NCBI GenBank assembly: GCA_009783245.1
Contig: WRHL01000002.1
Coordinates: 9,233-73,232 of the forward strand
Source of the DNA: Coriobacteriia bacterium
GTDB taxonomy: Bacteria; Actinomycetota; Coriobacteriia; Coriobacteriales; UBA8131
Length of the DNA stretch: 64,000 bases
Direction of reading: 5' to 3'
A program made the position numbers and the translations under genes. Position 1 is the stretch's first letter, and each line of letters starts with the position of its first letter. Of this stretch, positions 58,206 through 64,000 are shown in pieces. The notes beneath the pieces are model-generated. The model was not told where the DNA came from. It worked only from the letters and a program-made list of their open reading frames with translations, and searched no databases.

Positions 58206-59522
58206 TTAGCCTATCCCCAGCACTTGCATAACAAGGAGGACAGCGGAGAGGACCACCACCACAATGATGGTGAGGTAACAGAGGAAGTTCGCCAGAGGGC
58301 CGTTCTTATACGCGCCCATGACGCGCTTGTTGTTGATGATGCGCACCAAGAAGACCAGCAGCACCGGCAGCAGGATGCCGTTGACGAACTGCGCCGTGAG
58401 CATGACGCCCATCAGGTTGATGTTGGGAACCAGCACCACCACACAGGCTATGACGATAATAACGGTGAAGAGCGTCTTGAACGTGGGAGCCTCTGCCCAG
58501 GTGCGGTCAACGCCGCGTTCCCAGCCAAAGGCCTCGCAGATGCAGTAGGCGGTGGTCAGCGGCAGGACGCAGGCCGCCAGGAAAGAGGCGCCCACAAAGC
58601 CTATACCAAAGAGCTGCTTGGCATAGATGCCCACCAGGGGCTCCAGCGCGTTGGCGGCGCTTTCTGCGTCCACCACCTCGATGCCCTGGGAGTGGAGCAC
58701 GGTGCCGGTTGTGATGATGATGAACCACACCACCAGGCAGGCGACAATGGCGCCGGAGAAGACGTCGACGCGCTGGGTGACAAGCTCTTTGATGTTGACG
58801 CCTTTCTCCACCACGTTACTTTGGCCAAAGAAGAGCATCCACGGCGCTACGGTGGTGCCGATGATGGCGATTATCAGCGCGAAGAAGGTCTTGTCGAAGA
58901 TGATCTTGGGCACAACGGTGTTGATGGCAACCTCACCCCAGTTGGGCTTGGAGATGAACGCGGCAACCACGTAGGTCAGAAAGACCAGGCTGATGATCAT
59001 GAATATCTTCTCGGTGCGCTTGTAGGAGCCGCCGGTGATAAGTGCCCAAACCGCGATACCGGCTATGGGGACGCTGATGTATTTGCTGACGCCAAACAGC
59101 TCCATGCCCGCCGCGATGCCGGCGAACTCACTCAGCGTGGTGCCGATGTTGCCAATGAGCAGTGCGACCATGGCAAATGCCGTGAGCTTGAGGCCAAAAC
59201 TCTCGCGGATGAGCGCGGAGAATCCCTTGCCGGTCTGTGCGCCCATGCGCGCGGCGGACTCCTGCACCACCATGAGGAAGAGCATGGCAAAGGGGATGGT
59301 CCAGAGCGCCGCGTAGCCAAAGGAGGCACCTGCGACCGAGAAGGTGGAGATGCCACCGGCGTCGTTACCAGCGAGCTCTGCGATGATGCCGGGGCCCATA
59401 GCAGCGAGGAACAGCACAAGCTTGGACTTGCGCTTGGGCTTGGGCTTTGGCTGCCCGGCCGCTTGCACCTGCGGGCTCTGCTCGATTCTCTTCTCGAGCT
59501 GTTCTTTCCTGTCCTTGGTCAT
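58206..59522 (-). CDS. NRAMP-related Mg2+ transporter (NRMT-like)
   Basis: MGPGII..AGNDAGG instead of the NRAMP DPGN; GTTVAPWM; about 11 TM. Confidence 0.88.
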   Translation of the reverse strand: MTKDRKEQLEKRIEQSPQVQAAGQPKPKPKRKSKLVLFLAAMGPGIIAELAGNDAGGISTFSVAGASFGYAALWTIPFAMLFLMVVQESAARMGAQTGKGFSALIRESFGLKLTAFAMVALLIGNIGTTLSEFAGIAAGMELFGVSKYISVPIAGIAVWALITGGSYKRTEKIFMIISLVFLTYVVAAFISKPNWGEVAINTVVPKIIFDKTFFALIIAIIGTTVAPWMLFFGQSNVVEKGVNIKELVTQRVDVFSGAIVACLVVWFIIITTGTVLHSQGIEVVDAESAANALEPLVGIYAKQLFGIGFVGASFLAACVLPLTTAYCICEAFGWERGVDRTWAEAPTFKTLFTVIIVIACVVVLVPNINLMGVMLTAQFVNGILLPVLLVFLVRIINNKRVMGAYKNGPLANFLCYLTIIVVVVLSAVLLVMQVLGIG

Positions 59523-59535
59523 CAGAGTTCCCTGG

Positions 59536-61404
59536 CTAGACGTACAGGCCGTTGAAGACGCCGCTGTAAAGCAGGATGGCGTGTATACCGGTCTGTATCA
59601 CCAGGCCAAAAGCCATCATGCCCAAGGATAGGATGACACTTGAGAGCGGCCTGTCCTTATCGAGCCTGCGTCGCGCTATCATCGTCACAGTCGCGCTGGT
59701 TGCTATGATTGCGAAGCAGGCCACAAGAGCAGGGATGAAGCCTTGGATGAGCAGGTCATGTAGAGGCTGAGCTGTGAATCCCACTTCGCCGGACGAGGGG
59801 CCTGTCGCACCGATGGAGTAGAAGAACAGTAGTGCGAACAGCATGGCTACCACGGCAGTTATGATACTTGCCAAAAAATTACGCCCGAACAGACGCCCGA
59901 TGGTTGGCGCATCGCTCGCGGAGCTGTACTCCAGAAGGTCGGTGACGGAGAAACTGACTATGTCTGAGGCGATGAGCAGGACAAAGGGCATGAAGACAAG
60001 AGCTGGTGCGAACTGAGGCAGGTTCCCGCTCATAGTGATGAGGAAGGCCATAGCCGCCCAGATGATGAACCAGGTCTCCCTGCGTAACAACCAGAGCAGC
60101 AGGCTGCCTAGCCCGTGTTTCTCGGCATCGCGTCCCAGGCCACTGGCGCCCGCTATCTGGAGGTCCTCGCTGTGCTCCTCCTCCAAGACATCCAGGGCGT
60201 CATCTACCGTGACAATACCCAACAAGACCTTGTTCTCATCCACAACGGGCATGGCTAACAGGTCATACTTCGAGATGGCCTCAGCTACATCCTCCTGATC
60301 GTCGTCAGGGGACACGGTAATCAGGTCGCGGAACGCAAGGTCAGATACATAGGTATCATTATCGGCCAACACCAGGGACCGCAGCGATAGCGCCCCGATG
60401 AGCCTCTTGTCCTTGTCCACGGTGTAGACGTAGTGCACGGTCTCATGGTCCTCTTCCAGATGGCGGAGCTTCTCGATGGTCTCACCAACCGTTGCGTCCT
60501 CCTGTACCGAAACGAACTCCGGGGTCATGATGCCGCCGGCGGTCTTCTCCTTGTAACCGAGCAAAGAGCGGATACGTTTCTGATCCTGCACACCCATAAG
60601 CCAGAGCAGGGTCTCGGCCTTCTCGTAGGGCAAATCGCCCAGGATGTCAGCCGCGTCGTCGGGATCCATCTGAGCGAGCAGGTCAGCCGCCTGATGCTCG
60701 GTCAGATCGTCGATCATGTCGGTCTGGTACTCATCCTCCAACTCCGAGAAGGTCTCTGCCGCTTGCTGCTTGTCGAGGTGCTCGAAGACCAGCGCGCGCT
60801 GCTGCGGGTCAAGTTGTTCAAGGATGTCAGCCACATCAGCCGGATGCAGCTCGGAGAGGCGCTTATGTGACAGGGAGAGTTTGACGTTTGAGAGATCACG
60901 GTCAACCAGATCCATGTAGTTCCAGGCGATGATGTTCTCTTCCAATGGGCGCTTGAAGAGTTTGCTCAGTGAGAGTACAGCCCGTTCCAGCGGCCGGCTC
61001 AAGCCGCGGAGCACACCACGGAGGCCCACCTCGGCGCCCAGCAGGCGCAGCTGGTTCCCCGAGCTTGACAGCTTGAGGTCATTGACGCGTACAACCTTGA
61101 GACCCTGCGTGTCCACGATCTGTTTGTTCATCAAATCGCGCGCAAGCAGGATCTCATCGGGTTGCAGGTAGCTGAAGCGTATATCATAGCTGGGTATGTT
61201 CAGCAGGATCTTCTCGTCCTCGTAGCTCTCAACGTATTTGCGCCATGACACCATGAACGGTGTTTTTGACGGCCCGAGAAACGCGAGTGATGTGATGCGC
61301 GGAAATACCTCTTTTGTCTGGATGGCGAGGTCGCTGATGCGACCGATCTCTTCTCCTTGGGAGTCGAAAACCGGTTTTCCGAGCATCTGGGAAAGGTAGA
61401 GCAT
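59536..61404 (-). CDS. mgtE: MgtE-like protein (PRC-barrel, MgtE_N, CBS pair, divergent TM domain)
   Basis: KQIVDTQG..RVNDLKL, LHPADVADILE, MDPDDAAD, TAGGIMT, GIVTVDD. Confidence 0.85.
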   Translation of the reverse strand: MLYLSQMLGKPVFDSQGEEIGRISDLAIQTKEVFPRITSLAFLGPSKTPFMVSWRKYVESYEDEKILLNIPSYDIRFSYLQPDEILLARDLMNKQIVDTQGLKVVRVNDLKLSSSGNQLRLLGAEVGLRGVLRGLSRPLERAVLSLSKLFKRPLEENIIAWNYMDLVDRDLSNVKLSLSHKRLSELHPADVADILEQLDPQQRALVFEHLDKQQAAETFSELEDEYQTDMIDDLTEHQAADLLAQMDPDDAADILGDLPYEKAETLLWLMGVQDQKRIRSLLGYKEKTAGGIMTPEFVSVQEDATVGETIEKLRHLEEDHETVHYVYTVDKDKRLIGALSLRSLVLADNDTYVSDLAFRDLITVSPDDDQEDVAEAISKYDLLAMPVVDENKVLLGIVTVDDALDVLEEEHSEDLQIAGASGLGRDAEKHGLGSLLLWLLRRETWFIIWAAMAFLITMSGNLPQFAPALVFMPFVLLIASDIVSFSVTDLLEYSSASDAPTIGRLFGRNFLASIITAVVAMLFALLFFYSIGATGPSSGEVGFTAQPLHDLLIQGFIPALVACFAIIATSATVTMIARRRLDKDRPLSSVILSLGMMAFGLVIQTGIHAILLYSGVFNGLYV

Positions 61405-61680
61405 GGTTCTTCTCCTTCCTTACCGCACACAGACGCAGGTATCCACAACTTACACGTGGAACCGTCTGTGGTTATTCGCAGCTGGTTCGGCAGCCCTTTC
61501 GGCCGCCGGGAAGGAGGAGACCGAATGGGCTAAGGTTTGTGAATATGATCGCTACTATGAGGGTGATCGTTCACAATAGCCCTTTCTCCTGGACAACATT
61601 CCTGCAGGGACAACGCGACGATGCGCCTGCAGTCCCCCCTGCTGTTCAGACGGATGCCACGCAAGGCCCGTCTGACCCTT
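61405..61680 (-). promoter_or_regulatory. Long structured 5' leader with candidate uORF and anti-SD
   Basis: TACAAT -10 at 61690-61685; multiple hairpins; anti-SD 61509-61520 complementary to the mgtE SD 61412-61419. Confidence 0.6.
61530..61574 (-). CDS. Candidate 14-aa leader peptide MNDHPHSSDHIHKP
   Basis: AGGAGAAAGGG SD, GTG start, TAG stop; 4 His and 2 Pro. Confidence 0.5.
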   Translation of the reverse strand: MNDHPHSSDHIHKP

Positions 61681-61821
61681 GAGCATTGTACGTTATCGCT
61701 GCTTAAATGGCAAATTTGGGTAGCCTTGAAGGGAAATGTGGTCTTATCGCGGCTGGCATCCACACCGTGTTGTGGTAGTATATCTTCTTGCCCTTTGACG
61801 CATCCAAACAGTCTTCTTCGT

Positions 61822-61898
<77 letters not shown>

Positions 61899-61937
61899 TC
61901 AGAGGAGTTATGCCCTAAACGGGCATAACTCCTCTGA
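61899..61937 (+). terminator. Stem-loop after tRNA
   Basis: TCAGAGGAGTTATGCCC-taaac-GGGCATAACTCCTCTGA. Confidence 0.7.
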
Positions 61938-61951
61938 CATTCTGTGACCAT

Positions 61952-61982
61952 TATGACAAAAGGGACCGTCCCCTTTGTCATA
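61952..61982. repeat. Single REP-like palindrome
   Basis: TATGACAAAAGGGACCGTCCCCTTTGTCATA upstream of the nrfA TATAAT box. Confidence 0.9.
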
Positions 61983-62028
61983 CGTTATCCTCTATAATGG
62001 ATGAAAACCGTACCAACAAAGGAGAAAC

Positions 62029-63261
62029 ATGAGAAATCTGAGACCTTTTGTTTGGCTCTGCGCCCTTATCCTGGTCGCAACACTGGCTGCTGCTACCGCC
62101 TGTACCTCACCACAACCGACAACCGAGAAAAGCGCTGACCCACAAGCGGCAGCAACACAGATCAGCGATTTGAATATAGTCACGGCCGAGCAGTGGAAGG
62201 GCTCCTATCCACTGATCTACGACTCATATCAGATGAATGCTGACAGGATGTCAAACCCCAGCTATTTAGAGCAATACCCCTTTCTTGTGATCATCTATAA
62301 CGGCATGGGGTTCGCAAAGGATTACAACGAGGCGCGCAGTCATGTTTATACCCTGCAAGACGTTGCAGCAACAGCACGCGCCCATGAGACAGCAAACTGC
62401 TTGACCTGCAAGACACCAACAATGAACGCTCTGGTAAGTGCGGAGGGTGTTGGTGTTTACTCGGTGCCTTTTGATGAGATCTATTCTCAACTCAATGAGC
62501 CCGTCAGCTGCTACAACTGCCATGAGAACAGCGCAGGCGAATTGGTGGTTACTGCTGGTTTTCTCAAGGACGCCCTTGGTGATGATATCGCCAAGGTAAA
62601 ACCGGGTTTGCTTGTGTGCGGGCAGTGCCATATCGAGTATTACTTCGACCCTGCAACCAAGGCGACAACCTTACCCTGGAACGGTATTTCTGGTATGACC
62701 CCCGATGCGATACTCTCCTATTACAATGACCTGGGCTTCTCCGACTATACCAACTCCTATAGTGGTGCTGGAATGATCAAGATCCAACACCCTGAATTTG
62801 AGACCGTTCAGGGGCATGGTGGTTTCTCTGCGACGGTTTGTAAGGCGACCTGTATCACCTGCCATACGCGCTTAGCGCTTGACGACGAGGGTGAGGGCTA
62901 TACCTCGCACAACTGGATCAGCCCGTTGGAAAACCAGAATCTGATGGAGACGAGATGTAACTCCTGTCATCTTGACCTTGCGAGGACGATCTCGATCATC
63001 CAAACGGAGACCAAAGATCGGTTGGTCGTTATAGGGGAGAAACTCGCTGATCTGCACATCAAGATCGGAGAAGCTGCTGAGGCAGGAGCCTCTGAAGAGA
63101 AACTAGCCGAACTGCGCTCCATGGTAAGAGACGGGCAGTTCTATTATGACTTCGTCTTTGCCGAGAACAGCTTTGGAACACATAACTCGCATCTGACAAA
63201 GACCCTTCTCAACAAATCCGAGAAGATCGTCGATGAGGCTCTTGCCCTGCTTCAAGATTAG
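62029..63261 (+). CDS. nrfA: Ammonia-forming cytochrome c nitrite reductase, pentaheme lipoprotein
   Basis: CLTCK active-site motif plus CYNCH, CGQCHIEYYF, CITCH, CNSCH; KIQHPEFE; ENS.GTHN; signal ending ATAC. Confidence 0.93.
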   Translation: MRNLRPFVWLCALILVATLAAATACTSPQPTTEKSADPQAAATQISDLNIVTAEQWKGSYPLIYDSYQMNADRMSNPSYLEQYPFLVIIYNGMGFAKDYNEARSHVYTLQDVAATARAHETANCLTCKTPTMNALVSAEGVGVYSVPFDEIYSQLNEPVSCYNCHENSAGELVVTAGFLKDALGDDIAKVKPGLLVCGQCHIEYYFDPATKATTLPWNGISGMTPDAILSYYNDLGFSDYTNSYSGAGMIKIQHPEFETVQGHGGFSATVCKATCITCHTRLALDDEGEGYTSHNWISPLENQNLMETRCNSCHLDLARTISIIQTETKDRLVVIGEKLADLHIKIGEAAEAGASEEKLAELRSMVRDGQFYYDFVFAENSFGTHNSHLTKTLLNKSEKIVDEALALLQD

Positions 63262-63350
63262 TCGAAGCCTGCTCCAAGCTGTTTGAGCTGTGAAACCGTG
63301 GGTCTCCCCGCCCACAAGTCAGATACGTACAGGCAACTGATTGGTGCTCC

Positions 63351-63695
63351 CTATGCGATGAAGTGGTTGAGGATGAGACCAGCCGCAAGGGACAGAAGGT
63401 TGAGGAAGACTGATAAGGCGAGGGATTTTGGGAACTTGAAATCGCAGAGATAGCGGTACACTGCAGCCTCGATGAAAACCGTTGCCAGTTCAGCCAGCGT
63501 TAAGGTGAGATAGTATGCTCCTTCTCCAAACAGGTTCACTGACAACAGCAACAGGAGGTTCAGAGCTGGGTTGGTGAGCAGGTTAGCCAGCAGACTGTAA
63601 TAGACGTATTCCCTGCGCCTGAACAGGAGGAAGATGGCTGCTCCCTCTACCAGTACCGTTATCAGTAGATAAGCAAGGAATACCAGATATATCAT
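63351..63695 (-). CDS. Hypothetical 4-TM membrane protein
   Basis: LITVLVEG..ANLLTNPALN..AE....IEAAVY; overlaps the upstream stop. Confidence 0.75.
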   Translation of the reverse strand: MIYLVFLAYLLITVLVEGAAIFLLFRRREYVYYSLLANLLTNPALNLLLLLSVNLFGEGAYYLTLTLAELATVFIEAAVYRYLCDFKFPKSLALSVFLNLLSLAAGLILNHFIA

Positions 63696-64000
63696 TGCCC
63701 GTTGTTGTTGTAGTTACCGCCCTGGTTCTGGCCCTGGTTCTGGCCCTGGGTTGGGCTCTGATATGGGGCCGGGGCTTGATACTGACCCGGGGCCGGGGCC
63801 TGATACTGGCTTGGGGTCGGAGCCTGGCCTTGATAGGGAGCCGGGGCTTGGCCCTGATATTGGCCCTGATATTGACCCTGATATCGAATCTGACCCTGAT
63901 ATTGACCCGGAGCCGGAGCCTGATTCTTCTTCTTGCGAGCACGCACTATCAACACGATAACAACAACGATTATGGCAACAACAATCAAGACAAGGCAAAT
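63692..64000 (-). CDS. C-terminal part of a membrane-anchored protein with Gln/Gly/Tyr/Pro-rich tail (5' end outside window)
   Basis: TM helix, KKKN, then QYQG/QAPAP/QGQN repeats. Confidence 0.7.
   Translation of the reverse strand: MCLVLIVVAIIVVVIVLIVRARKKKNQAPAPGQYQGQIRYQGQYQGQYQGQAPAPYQGQAPTPSQYQAPAPGQYQAPAPYQSPTQGQNQGQNQGGNYNNNGQ

Noticed and set aside
61537-61576. Rex operator (TTGTGAA...TTCACAA)
   Set aside because: The half-sites are about 26 nt apart rather than 4; better explained as an RNA stem.

Overview
GC-rich bacterial chromosomal segment. Gene content (CBS-PPase without DRTGG, NRMT-type transporter, DUF2510 and PspC proteins, lipoprotein NrfA) suggests an anaerobic actinobacterium, probably Coriobacteriia; this is inference. 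It holds about 50 CDS and one tRNA-Pro(GGG). Main blocks: cooF-cooS-nuoE/hydC-nuoF/hydB CO-dehydrogenase operon (cut by the left edge); paaK/ACT and iorAB-paaK aromatic-acid genes; metY; ppaC; an ahbD(nirJ2)-FecBCD-type ABC importer operon; mfd/nth; a large Ig-repeat surface protein; glmU-prs-pth-birA; an rlpA-like gene, a cyanophycin-synthetase-N-domain-like gene, an aminotransferase and an atypical ddl in a row; an unannotated CxxC mini-protein with polyferredoxin and TlpA; a heterodimeric ABC exporter; mgtE-like plus NRMT; nrfA. No transposase, integrase, phage or cas genes were seen. Most notable: (1) a REP-like palindrome family (TGACAAAGGGGACGGTCCCTTTTGTCA) at about ten loci, inserted in-frame into two proteins as TKGTVPFV repeats; (2) a candidate His/Pro leader-peptide translational attenuator upstream of mgtE-NRMT; (3) a CODH joined to a HydBC-like module with bifurcation-type signatures; (4) a stand-alone CphA N-domain-like metallopeptidase near an atypical ATP-grasp ligase. 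All calls come from visual motif recognition; no searches were run.
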